A stretch of DNA of 64,000 bases from Eledone cirrhosa (taxonomy: Eukaryota): the NCBI GenBank assembly GCA_964016885.1, contig OZ024752.1:27342001-27406000 (forward strand), read 5' to 3'. Positions within the stretch are counted from its first letter, which is position 1. The number at the start of each line of letters is the position of its first letter. The notes beneath the pieces were generated by a model that saw only the letters and a program-made list of their open reading frames with translations, ran no database searches and was not told the origin of the DNA. Positions 15,601 through 30,600 of the stretch are shown here, in pieces. The translations under genes and the position numbers were made by a program.

Positions 15601-18600
15601 GACCTAGTACCAACTTCGTCTATCAACACACAAACTGTGGAACTAGTACCAACTTCGTCTATCAACACACAAACTGTGGAACTAGTACCAACTTCTTCTA
15701 TCAACACACAAACTGTGGAACTAGTACCTACTTCGACTATCAACACACAAACTGTGGAACTAGTACCAACTTCGACTATCAACACACAAACTGTGGAACT
15801 AGTACAGACTTCGTCTATCAACACACAAACTGTGGAACTAGTACCAACTTCGTCTTTCAACACACAATCTCTGGAACTAGTACCAGCTTCGTCTATCAAC
15901 ACACAAACCGTGGAACTAGTACACACTTCGTGTATCAACACACAAACTGTGGAACTAGTACCAACTTCGGCTATCAACACACAAACTGTGGAACTAGTAC
16001 CAACTTCGGCTATCAACACACAAACTGTGGAACTAGTACCAACTTCGGCTATCAACACACGAACTGTGGACCTAGTGCCAACTTCGTCTATCAACACACA
16101 AACTGTGGAACTAGTACCAAATTCGGCTCTCAACACACCAACTGTGGAACTAGTACCAACTTCTTCTATCAACACACAAACTGTGGAACTAGTACCAAAT
16201 TCGTCTATCAACACACAAACTGTGGAACTAGTACCAACTTCGTCTATCAACACACAAACTGTGGATCTAGTACCAACTTCGGCTATCAACACACAAACTG
16301 AGGAACTAGTACCAACTACAGCTATCAACACACATTCTCTGGAACTAGTACCAGCTTCGTCTATCAACACACAAACTGTGGAACTAGTACCAACTTCTTC
16401 TATCAACACACAAATTGTGGAACTAGTACCAACTTCGTGTATCAACACAGAAACTTTGGAACTAGTACCAACTTCGTCTATCAACACACAAACTGTGGAA
16501 CTAGTACCAACTTCGTCTATCAACACACAAACTGTGGAACTAGTACCAACTTCTTCTATCAACACACAAACTGTGGAACTAGTACCTACTTCGACTATCA
16601 ACACACAAACTGTGGAACTAGTACCAACTTCGACTATCAACACACAAACTGTGGAACTAGTACAGACTTCGTCTATCAACACACAAGCTGAGGAACTAGT
16701 ACCAACTTCGTCTTTCAACACACAATCTCTGGAACTAGTACCAGCTTCGTCTATCAACACACAAACTGTGGAACTAGTACCAACTTCTTCTATCAACACA
16801 CAAACTGTGGAACTAGTACACACTTCGTGTATCAACACACAAACTGTGGAACTAGTACCAACTTCGGCTATCAACACACAAACTGTGGAACTAGTACCAA
16901 CTTCGGCTATCAACACACAAACTGTGGAACTAGTACCAACTTCGTCTATCAACACACAAACTGTGGAACTAGTACCAAATTCGGCTCTCAACACACTAAC
17001 TGTGGAACTAGTACCAACTTCTTCTATCAACACACAAACTGTGGAACTAGTACCAAATTCGTCTATCAACACACAAACTGTGGAACTAGTACCAACTTCG
17101 ACTATCAACACACAAACTGTGGAACTAGTACCAACTTCGTCTATCAACACACAAACTGTGGAACTAATACCAAATTCGTCTATCAACACACAAACTGTGG
17201 AACTAGTACCAACTTCGTCTATCAACACACAAACTGTGGAACTAATACCAAATTCGTCTATCAACACACAAACTGAGGAACTAGTACCAACTACAGCTAT
17301 CAACACACATTCTCTGGAACTAGTACCAGCTTCGTCTATCAACACACATACCGTGGAACTAGTACACACTTCGTGTATCAACACACAAACTGTGGAACTA
17401 GTACCAACTTCGGCTATCAACACACAAACTGTGGAACTAGTACCAAATTCGTCTATCAACACACAAACTGTGGAACTAGTACAAACTTCGGCTGTCAACA
17501 CACAAATTGTGGAACTAGTACCAACTTCGTGTATCAACACAGAAACTGTGGAACTAGTACAAACTTCGTCTATCAACACACAAACTGTGGAACTAGTACC
17601 AACTTCGTCAATCAACACACAATCTCTGGAACTAGTACCAACTTCGTCTATCAACACACAAACTGTGGAACTAGTACCAACTTCTTCTATCAACACACAA
17701 ACTGTGGAACTAGTACCAACTTCGACTATCAACACACAAATTGTGGAACTAGTACCAACTTCGACTATCAACACACAAACTGTGGAACTAGTACCAACTT
17801 CGTCTATCAACACACAAACTGTGGAACTAGTACCAACTTCGTCTATCAACACGCAAACTGTGCAACTAGTACCAACTTCTTCTATCAACACACAAACTGT
17901 GCAACTTGTATCAACTTCGGCTCTCAACACACTAACTGTGGAACTAGTACCAACTTCTTCTATCAACACACAAACTGTGGAACTAGTACCAAATTCGTCT
18001 ATCAACACACAAACTGTGGAACTAGTACCAACTTCGACTATCAACACACAAACTGTGGAACTAGTACCAACTTCGTCTATCAACACACAAACTGTGGAAC
18101 TAGTACCAAATTCGTCTATCAACACACAAACTGTGGAACTAGTACCAACTTCTTTATCAACACACAAACTGTGCAAGTAGTACCAACTTCGGCTATCAAC
18201 ACACAAACTGAGGAACTAGTACCAACTACAGCTATCAACACACATTCTCTGGAACTAGTACCAGCTTCGTCTATCAACACACATACCGTGGAACTAGTAC
18301 ACACTTCGTGTATCAACACACAAACTGTGGAACTAGTACCAACTTCGGCTATCAACATACAAACTGTGGAACTAGTACCAACTTCGGCTATCAACACACA
18401 AACTGTGGAACTAGTACCAACTTCGGCTATCAACACACGAACTGTGGACCTAGTGCCAACTTCGTCTATCAACACACAAACTGTGGAACTAGTACCAAAT
18501 TCGTCTATCAACACACAAACTGTGGAACTAGTACAAACTTCGGCTGTCAACACACAAATTGTGGAACTAGTACCAACTTCGTGTATCAACACAGAAACTG

Positions 18601-21600
18601 TGGAACTAGTACAAACTTCGTCTATCAATACACAAACTGTGGAACTAGTATCAACTTCGTCAATCAACACACAATCTCTGGAACTAGTACCAACTTCGTC
18701 TATCAACACACAAACTGTGGAACTAGTACCAACTTCTTCTATCAACACACAAACTGTGGAACTAGTACCAACTTCGACTATCAACACACAAATTGTGGAA
18801 CTAGTACCAACTTCGACTATCAACACACAAACTGTGTAACTAGTACCAACTTCGTCTATCAACACACAAACTGTGGAACTAGTACCAACTTCGTCTATCA
18901 ACACGCAAACTGTGCAACTAGTACCAACTTCTTCTATCAACACACAAACTGTGCAACTTGTATCAACTTCGGCTCTCAACACACTAACTGTGGAACTAGT
19001 ACCAACTTCTTCTATCAACACACAAACTGTGGAACTAGTACCAAATTCGTCTATCAACACACAAACTGTGGAACTAGTACCAACTTCTTCTATCAACACA
19101 CAAACTGTGGAACTAGTACCTACTTCGACTATCAACACACAAACTGTGGAACTAGTACCAACTTCGACTATCAACACACAAACTGTGGAACTAGTACAGA
19201 CTTCGTCTATCAACACACAAACTGTGGAACTAGTACCAACTTCGTCTTTCAACACACAATCTCTGGAACTAGTACCAGCTTCGTCTATCAACACACAAAC
19301 CGTGGAACTAGTACACACTTCGTGTATCAACACACAAACTGTGGAACTAGTACCAACTTCGGCTATCAACACACAAACTGTGGAACTAGTACCAACTTCG
19401 GCTATCAACACACAAACTGTGGAACTAGTACCAACTTCGGCTATCAACACACGAACTGTGGACCTAGTGCCAACTTCGTCTATCAACACACAAACTGTGG
19501 AACTAGTACCAAATTCGGCTCTCAACACACTAACTGTGGAACTAGTACCAACTTCTTCTATCAACACACAAACTGTGGAACTAGTACCAAATTCGTCTAT
19601 CAACACACAAACTGTGGAACTAGTACCAACTTCGACTATCAACACACAAACTGTGGAACTAGTACCAACTTCGTCTATCAACACACAAACTGTGGAACTA
19701 GTACCAAATTCGTCTATCAACACACAAACTGTGGAACTAGTACCAACTTCTTTATCAACACACAAACTGTGCAAGTAGTACCAACTTCGGCTATCAACAC
19801 ACAAACTGAGGAACTAGTACCAACTACAGCTATCAACACACATTCTCTGGAACTAGTACCAGCTTCGTCTATCAACACACATACCGTGGAACTAGTACAC
19901 ACTTCGTGTATCAACACACAAGCTGTGGAACTAGTAGCAACTTCGGCTATCAACACACAAACTGTGGAACTAGTACCAACTTCGGCTATCAACACACAAA
20001 CTGTGGAACTAGTACCAACTTCGGCTATCAACACACGAACTGTGGACCTAGTGCCAACTTCGTCTATCAACACACAAACTGTGGAACTAGTACCAAATTC
20101 GTCTATCAACACACAAACTGTGGAACTAGTACAAACTTCGGCTGTCAACACACAAATTGTGGAACTAGTACCAACTTCGTATATCAACACAGAAACTGTG
20201 GAACTAGTACAAACTTCGTCTATCAACACACAAACTGTGGAACTAGTACCAACTTCGTCAATCAACACACAATCTCTGGAACTAGTACCAACTTTGTCTA
20301 TCAACACACAAACTGTGGAACTAGTACCAACTTCTTCTATCAACACACAAATTGTGGAACTAGTACCAACTTCGTGTATCAATACAGAAACTTTGGAACT
20401 AGTACCAACTTCGTCTATCAACACACAAACTGTGGAACTAGTACCAACTTCGTCTATCAACACACAAACTGTGGAACTAGTACCAACTTCTTCTATCAAC
20501 ACACAAACTGTGGAACTAGTACCTACTTCGACTATCAACACACAAACTGTGGAACTAGTACCAACTTCGACTATCAACCCACAAACTGTGGAACTAGTAC
20601 AGACTTCGTCTATCAACACACAAACTGTGGAACTAGTACCAACTTCGTCTTTCAACACACAATCTCTGGAACTAGTACCAGCTTCGTCTATCAACACACA
20701 AACCGTGGAACTAGTACACACTTCGTGTATCAACACACAAACTGTGGAACTAGTACCAACTTCGGCTATCAACACACAAACTGTGGAACTAGTACCAACT
20801 TCGGCTATCAACACACAAACTGTGGAACTAGTACCAACTTCGGCTATCAACACACGAACTGTGGACCTAGTGCCAACTTCGTCTATCAACACACAAACTG
20901 TGGAACTAGTACCAAATTCGGCTCTCAACACACTAACTGTGGAACTAGTACCAACTTCTTCTATCAACACACAAACTGTGGAACTAGTACCAAATTCGTC
21001 TATCAACACACAAACTGTGGAACTAGTACCAACTTCGACTATCAACACACAAACTGTGGAACTAGTACCAACTTCGTCTATCAACACACAAACTGTGGAA
21101 CTAGTACCAAATTCGTCTATCAACACACAAACTGTGGAACTAGTACCAACTTCTTTATCAACACACAAACTGTGCAAGTAGTACCAACTTCGGCTATCAA
21201 CACACAAACTGAGGAACTAGTACCAACTACAGCTATCAACACACATTCTCTGGAACTAGTACCAGCTTCGTCTATCAACACACATACCGTGGAACTAGTA
21301 CACACTTCGTGTATCAACACACAAGCTGTGGAACTAGTACCAACTTCGGCTATCAACACACAAACTGTGGAACTAGTACAAACTTCGGCTGTCAACACAC
21401 AAATTGTGGAACTAGTACCAACTTCGTGTATCAACACAGAAACTGTGGAACTAGTACAAACTTCGTCTATCAACACACAAACTGTGGAACTAGTATCAAC
21501 TTCGTCAATCAACACACAATCTCTGGAACTAGTACCAACTTCGTCTATCAACACACAAACTGTGGAACTAGTACCAACTTCTTCTATCAACACACAAACT

Positions 21601-24600
21601 GTGGAACTAGTACCAACTTCGACTATCAACACACAAATTGTGGAACTAGTACCAACTTCGACTATCAACACACAAACTGTGGAACTAGTACCAACTTCGT
21701 CTATCAACACACAAACTGTGGAACTAGTACCAACTTCGTCTATCAACACGCAAACTGTGCAACTAGTACCAACTTCTTCTATCAACACACAAACTGTGCA
21801 ACTTGTATCAACTTCGGCTCTCAACACACTAACTGTGGAACTAGTACCAACTTCTTCTATCAACACACAAACTGTGGAACTAGTACCAAATTCGTCTATC
21901 AACACACAAACTGTGGAACTAGTACCAACTTCTTCTATCAACACACAAACTGTGGAACTAGTACCTACTTCGACTATCAACACACAAACTGTGGAACTAG
22001 TACCAACTTCGACTATCAACACACAAACTGTGGAACTAGTACAGACTTCGTCTATCAACACACAAACTGTGGAACTAGTACCAACTTCGTCTTTCAACAC
22101 ACAATCTCTGGAACTAGTACCAGCTTCGTCTATCAACACACAAACCGTGGAACTAGTACACACTTCGTGTATCAACACACAAACTGTGGAACTAGTACCA
22201 ACTTCGGCTATCAACACACAAACTGTGGAACTAGTACCAACTTCGGCTATCAACACACAAACTGTGGAACTAGTACCAACTTCGGCTATCAACACACGAA
22301 CTGTGGACCTAGTGCCAACTTCGTCTATCAACACACAAACTGTGGAACTAGTACCAAATTCGGCTCTCAACACACTAACTGTGGAACTAGTACCAACTTC
22401 TTCTATCAACACACAAACTGTGGAACTAGTACCAAATTCGTCTATCAACACACAAACTGTGGAACTAGTACCAACTTCGACTATCAACACACAAACTGTG
22501 GAACTAGTACCAACTTCGTCTATCAACACACAAACTGTGGAACTAGTACCAAATTCGTCTATCAACACACAAACTGTGGAACTAGTACCAACTTCTTTAT
22601 CAACACACAAACTGTGCAAGTAGTACCAACTTCGGCTATCAACACACAAACTGAGGAACTAGTACCAACTACAGCTATCAACACACATTCTCTGGAACTA
22701 GTACCAGCTTCGTCTATCAACACACATACCGTGGAACTAGTACACACTTCGTGTATCAACACACAAGCTGTGGAACTAGTACCAACTTCGGCTATCAACA
22801 CACAAACTGTGGAACTAGTACCAACTTCGGCTATCAACACACAAACTGTGGAACTAGTACCAACTTCGGCTATCAACACACGAACTGTGGACCTAGTGCC
22901 AACTTCGTCTATCAACACACAAACTGTGGAACTAGTACCAAATTCGTCTATCAACACACAAACTGTGGAACTAGTACAAACTTCGGCTGTCAACACACAA
23001 ATTGTGGAACTAGTACCAACTTCGTATATCAACACAGAAACTGTGGAACTAGTACAAACTTCGTCTATCAACACACAAACTGTGGAACTAGTACCAACTT
23101 CGTCAATCAACACACAATCTCTGGAACTAGTACCAACTTTGTCTATCAACACACAAACTGTGGAACTAGTACCAACTTCTTCTATCAACACACAAATTGT
23201 GGAACTAGTACCAACTTCGTGTATCAATACAGAAACTTTGGAACTAGTACCAACTTCGTCTATCAACACACAAACTGTGGAACTAGTACCAACTTCGTCT
23301 ATCAACACACAAACTGTGGAACTAGTACCAACTTCTTCTATCAACACACAAACTGTGGAACTAGTACCTACTTCGACTATCAACACACAAACTGTGGAAC
23401 TAGTACCAACTTCGACTATCAACCCACAAACTGTGGAACTAGTACAGACTTCGTCTATCAACACACAAACTGTGGAACTAGTACCAACTTCGTCTTTCAA
23501 CACACAATCTCTGGAACTAGTACCAGCTTCGTCTATCAACACACAAACCGTGGAACTAGTACACACTTCGTGTATCAACACACAAACTGTGGAACTAGTA
23601 CCAACTTCGGCTATCAACACACAAACTGTGGAACTAGTACCAACTTCGGCTATCAACACACAAACTGTGGAACTAGTACCAACTTCGGCTATCAACACAC
23701 GAACTGTGGACCTAGTGCCAACTTCGTCTATCAACACACAAACTGTGGAACTAGTACCAAATTCGGCTCTCAACACACTAACTGTGGAACTAGTACCAAC
23801 TTCTTCTATCAACACACAAACTGTGGAACTAGTACCAAATTCGTCTATCAACACACAAACTGTGGAACTAGTACCAACTTCGACTATCAACACACAAACT
23901 GTGGAACTAGTACCAACTTCGTCTATCAACACACAAACTGTGGAACTAGTACCAAATTCGTCTATCAACACACAAACTGTGGAACTAGTACCAACTTCTT
24001 TATCAACACACAAACTGTGCAAGTAGTACCAACTTCGGCTATCAACACACAAACTGAGGAACTAGTACCAACTACAGCTATCAACACACATTCTCTGGAA
24101 CTAGTACCAGCTTCGTCTATCAACACACATACCGTGGAACTAGTACACACTTCGTGTATCAACACACAAGCTGTGGAACTAGTACCAACTTCGGCTATCA
24201 ACACACAAACTGTGGAACTAGTACCAACTTCGGCTATCAACACACAAACTGTGGAACTAGTACCAACTTCGGCTATCAACACACGAACTGTGGACCTAGT
24301 GCCAACTTCGTCTATCAACACACAAACTGTGGAACTAGTACCAAATTCGTCTATCAACACACAAACTGTGGAACTAGTACAAACTTCGGCTGTCAACACA
24401 CAAATTGTGGAACTAGTACCAACTTCGTATATCAACACAGAAACTGTGGAACTAGTACAAACTTCGTCTATCAACACACAAACTGTGGAACTAGTACCAA
24501 CTTCGTCAATCAACACACAATCTCTGGAACTAGTACCAACTTTGTCTATCAACACACAAACTGTGGAACTAGTACCAACTTCTTCTATCAACACACAAAT

Positions 24601-26300
24601 TGTGGAACTAGTACCAACTTCGTGTATCAACACAGAAACTTTGGAACTAGTACCAACTTCGTCTATCAACACACAAACTGTGGAACTAGTACCAACTTCG
24701 TCTATCAACACACAAACTGTGGAACTAGTACCAACTTCTTCTATCAACACACAAACTGTGGAACTAGTACCTACTTCGACTATCAACACACAAACTGTGG
24801 AACTAGTACCAACTTCGACTATCAACACACAAACTGTGGAACTAGTACAGACTTCGTCTATCAACACACAAACTGTGGAACTAGTACCAACTTCGTCTAT
24901 CAACACACAAACCGTGGAACTAGTACACACTTCGTGTATCAACACACAAACTGTGGAACTAGTACCAACTTCGGCTATCAACACACAAACTGTGGAACTA
25001 GTACCAACTTCGGCTATCAACACACAAACTGTGGAACTAGTACCAACTTCGGCTATCAACACACGAACTGTGGACCTAGTGCCAACTTCGTCTATCAACA
25101 CACAAACTGTGGAACTAGTACCAAATTCGGCTATCAACACACAAACTGTGGAACTAGTACAAACTTCGGCTGTCAACACACAAACTGTGGAACTAGTACC
25201 AACTTCTTCTATCAACACACAAATTGTGGAACTAGTACTAACTTCGTGTATCAACACAGAAACTTTGGAACTAGTACCAACTTCGTCTATCAACACACAA
25301 ACTGTGGAACTAGTACCAACTTCGTCTATCAACACACAAACTGTGGAACTAGTACCAACTTCTTCTATCAACACACAAACTGTGGAACTAGTACCTACTT
25401 CGACTATCAACACACAAACTGTGGAACTAGTACCAACTTCGACTATCAACACACAAACTGTGGAACTAGTACAGACTTCGTCTATCAACACACAAACTGT
25501 GGAACTAGTACCAACTTCGTCTTTCAACACACAATCTCTGGAACTAGTACCAGCTTCGCCTATCAACACACAGACCGTGGAACTAGTACACACTTCGTGT
25601 ATCAACACACAAGCTGTGGAACTAGTACCAACTTCGGCTATCAACACACAAACTGTGGAACTAGTACCAACTTCGGCTATCAACACACAAACTGTGGAAG
25701 TAGTACCAACTTCGGCTATCAACACACGAACTGTGGACCTAGTGCCAACTTCGTCTATCAACACACAAACTGTGGAACTAGTACCAAATTCGGCTCTCAA
25801 CACACTAACTGTGGAACTAGTACCAACTTCTTCTATCAACACACAAACTGTGGAACTAGTACCAAATTTGTCTATCAACACACAAACTGTGGAACTAGTA
25901 CCAACTTCGACTATCAACACACAAACTGTGGAACTAGTACCAACTTCGTCTATCAACACACAAACTGTGGAACTAGTACCAAATTCGTCTATCAACACAC
26001 AAACTGTGGAACTAGTACCAACTTCTTTATCAAAACACAAACTGTGCAAGTAGTACCAACTTCGGCTATCAACACACAAACTGAGGAACTAGTACCAACT
26101 ACAGCTATCAACACACATTCTCTGGAACTAGTACCAGCTTCGTCTATCAACACACATACCGTGGAACTAGTACACACTTCGTGTATCAACACACAAACTG
26201 TGGAACTAGTACCAACTTCGGCTATCAACACACAAACTGTGGAACTAGTACCAACTTCGGCTATCAACACACAAACTGTGGAACTAGTACCAACTTCGGC
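12600..26300 (+). repeat. Array domain B: modules opened by a 38-mer plus GTGCAAGTAGTA and CATTCTCTG variants
   Basis: CAAGTAGTA follows the 38-mer at ~12638, 14509, 18174, 19772, 21175, 22617, 24020 and 26047, and I did not see it elsewhere. TCGTCAATC also appears confined to this interval. Confidence 0.8.
18500..24200 (+). repeat. Tandem duplication with 2845-bp (73-monomer) period, made of ~1442 and 1403 bp modules
   Basis: AACCCACAA occurs at 20576 and 23421, and the TCA variant of GTATCAACTTCGTCA at 18651 and 21496. 38-mer-terminated ORF ends are 19778/22623 and 21181/24026. All offsets are 2845 = 73x39-2. Confidence 0.85.
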
Positions 26301-27699
26301 TATCAACACACGAACTGTGGACCTAGTGCCAACTTCGTCTATCAACACACAAACTGTGGAACTAGTACCAAATTCGTCTATCAACACACAAACTGTGGAA
26401 CTAGTACAAACTTCGTCTATCAACACACAAACTGTGGAACTAGTACCAACTTCGTCTATCAACACACAAACTGTGGAACTAGTACCAACTTCTTCTATCA
26501 ACACACAAACTGTGGAACTAGTACCTACTTCGACTATCAACACACAAACTGTGGAACTAGTACCAACTTCGACTATCAACACACAAACTGTGGAACTAGT
26601 ACAGACTTCGTCTATCAACACACAAACTGTGGAACTAGTACCAACTTCGTCTATCAACACACAATCTCTGGAACTTGTACCAGCTTCGTCTATCAACACA
26701 CAAACCGTGGAACTAGTACACACTTCGTGTATCAACACACAAACTGTGGAACTAGTACCAACTTCGGCTATCAACACACAAACTGTGGAACTAGTACCAA
26801 CTTCGTCTATCAACACACAAACTGTGGAACTAGTACCAACTTCGGCTATCAACACACGAACTGTGGACCTAGTGCCAACTTCGTCTATCAACACACAAAC
26901 TGTGGAACTAGTACCAAATTCGGCTATCAACACACAAACTGTGGAACTAGTACAAACTTCGGCTGTCAACACACAAATTGTAGAACTAGTACCAACTTCT
27001 TGTATCAACACAGAAACTGTGGAACTAGTACCAACTTCGTCTATCAACACACAAACTGTGGAACTAGTACCAACTTCGTCTATCAACACACAAACTGTGG
27101 AACTAGGACCAACTTCTTCTATCAACAGACAAATTATGGAACTAGTACCAACTTCGTGTATCAACACAGAAACTGTGGAACTAGTACCAACTTCGTCTAT
27201 CAACACACAAACTGTGGAACTAGTACCAACTTCGTCTATCAACACACAAACTGTGGAACTAGTACCAACTTCGGCTATCAACACACATACTGTGGAACTA
27301 GTACAGACTTCGTCTATCAACACACAAACTGTGGAACTAGTACCGACTTCGGCTATCAACACACAAACTGTGGAACTAGTACCAACTTCGACTATCAACA
27401 CACAAACTGTGGAACTAGTACCAACTTCTTCTATCAACACACAAAGTGTGGAACTAGTACCAACTTCGACTATCAACACACAAACTGTGGAACTAGTACC
27501 AACTTCGACTATCAACACACAAACTGTGGAACTAGTACCAACTTCTTCTATCAACACACAAACTGTGCAACTAGTACCAACTTCGGCTATCAACACACAA
27601 ACTGTGGAACTAGTACCAACTTCGTCTATCAACACACAAACTGTGCAACTAGTACCAATATCTTCTATCAACACACAAACTGTGCAACTAGTACCAACT

Positions 27700-30600
27700 T
27701 CGGCTATCAACACACAAACTGTGGACCTAGTACCAACTTCGTCTATCAACACACAAACTGTGGAACTAGTACCAGCTTCGGCTATCAACAGACAAATTGT
27801 AGAACTAGTACTAACTTCGTCTATCAACACACAAACTGTGGAACTAGTACCAAATTCGTCTATCAACACACAAATTGTGGAACTAGTACCAACTTCGTGT
27901 ATCAACACAGAAACTGTGGAACTAGTACCAACTTCGGCTATCAACACACAAACTGTGGAACTAGTACCAACTTCTTTATCAACACACAAACTGTGCAACT
28001 AGGACCAACTTCGGCTTTCAACACACAAACTGAGGAACTAGTACCAACTACAGCTATCAACACACAATCTCTGGAACTAGTACCAGCTTCGTCTATCAAC
28101 ACACAAACCGTGGAACTAGTACACACTTCGTGTATCAACACACAAACTGTGGAACTAGTACCAACTTCGGCTATCAACACACAAACTGTGGAACTAGTAC
28201 CAACTTCGGCTATCAACACACAAACTGTGGAACTAGTACCAACTTCGGCTATCAACACACGAACTGTGGAACTAGTACCAAATTCGTCTATCAACACACA
28301 AACTGTGGAACTAGTACAAACTTCGGCTGTCAACACACAAATTGTGGAACTAGTACCAACTTCGTGTATCAACGCAGAACCTGTGGAACTAGTACCAACT
28401 TCGTCTATCAACACACAAACTGTGGAACTAGTACCAACTTCGTCTATCAACACACAAACTGTGGAACTAGTACCAACTTCTTCTATCAACACACAAACTG
28501 TGGAACTAGTACCTACTTCGAATATCGACACACAAACTGTGGAACTAGTACCAACTTCGACTATCAACACACAAACTGTGGAACTAGTACCAACTTCGTC
28601 TATCAACACACAAACTGTGGAACTAGTACCAACTTCTTTATCAACACACAAACTGTGCAACTAGTACCAACTTGAGCTATCAACACACAAACTGTGGAAC
28701 TAGTACCAACTTCGGCTATCAACACACAAACTGTGGAACTAGTACCAACTTCGGCTATCAACACACGAACTGTGGACCTAGTGCCAACTTCGTCTATCAA
28801 CACACAAACTGTGGAACTAGTACCACATTCGTCTATCAACACACAAACTGTGGAACTAGTACAAACTTCGGCTGTCAACACACAATTTGTGGAACTAGTA
28901 CCAACTTCGTGTATCAACACAGAAACTGTGGAACTAGTACCAACTTCGTCTATCAACACACAAACTGTGGAACTAGTACCAACTTCGTCTATCAACACAC
29001 AAACTGTGGAACTAGTACCAACTTCTTCTATCAACACACAAACTGTGGAACTAGTACCAACTTCGTCTATCAACACACAAACTGTGGAAGTAGTACCAAC
29101 TTCTTTATCAACACACAAACTGTGCAACTAGTACCAACTTCGGCTATCAACACACAAACTGTGGAACTAGTACCAACTACAGCTATCAACACACAATCTC
29201 TGGAACTAGTACCAGCTTCGTCTATCAACACACAAACTGTGGAACTGGTACAGACTTCGTCTATCAACACACAAACTGTGGAACTAGTACCGACTTCGGC
29301 TATCAACACACAAACTGTGGAACTAGTACCGACTTCGACTATCAACACACAAACTGTGGAACTAGTACCAACTTCTTCTATCAACACACACACTGTGGAA
29401 CTAGTACCAACTTCGACTATCAACACACAAACTGAGGAACTAGTACCAACTTCGGCTATCAACACACAATCTCTGGAACTAGTACCAGCTTCGTCTATCA
29501 ACACACAAACCGTGGAACTAGTACACACTTCGTGTATCAACACACAGACTGTGGAACTAGTACCAACTTCGGCTATCAACACACAAACTGTGGAACTAGT
29601 ACCAACTACGGCTATCAACACACAAACTGTGGAACTAGTACCAACTTCGGCTATCAACACACGAACTGTGGACCTAGTGCCAACTTCGTCTATCAACACA
29701 CAAACTGTGGAACTAGTACCAAATTCGGCTATCAACACACAAACTGTGGAACTAGTACAAACTTCGGCTGTCAACACACAAATTGTAGAACTAGTACCAA
29801 CTTCGTCTATCAACACACAAACTGTGGAACTAGTACCAACTTCGTCTATCAACACACAAACTGTGGAACTAGTACCAACTTCGTCTATCAACACACAAAC
29901 TGTGGAACTAGTACCAACTTCTTCTATCAACACACAACTGTGGAACTAGTACCTACTTCGACTATCAACACACAAACTGTGGAACTAGTACCAACTTCGA
30001 CTATCAACACAGAAACTGTGGAACTAGTACAGACTTCGTCTATCAACACACAAACTGTAGAACTAGTACTAACTTCGTCTATCAACACACAAACTGTGGA
30101 ACTAGTACCAAATTCGTCTATCAACACACAAATTGTGGAACTAGTACCAACTTCGTGTATCAACACAGAAACTGTGGAACTAGTACCAACTTCGGCTATC
30201 AACACACAAACTGTGGAACCAGTACCAACTTCTTTATCAACACACAAACTGTGCAACTAGGACCAACTTCGGCTATCAACACACAAACTGAGGAACTAGT
30301 ACCAACTACAGCTATCAACACACAATCTCTAGAACTAGTACCAGCTTCGTCTATCAACACACAAACCGTGGAACTAGTACACACTTCATGTATCAACACA
30401 CAAACTGTGGAACTAGTACCAACTTCGGCTATCAACACACAAACTGTGGAACTAGTACCAACTTCGGCTATCAACACACAAACTGTGGAACTAGTACCAA
30501 TTTCGGCTATCAACACACGAACTGTGGACCTAGTGCCAACTTCGTCTATCAACACACAAACTGTGGAACTAGTACCAAATTCGTCTATCAACACACAAAC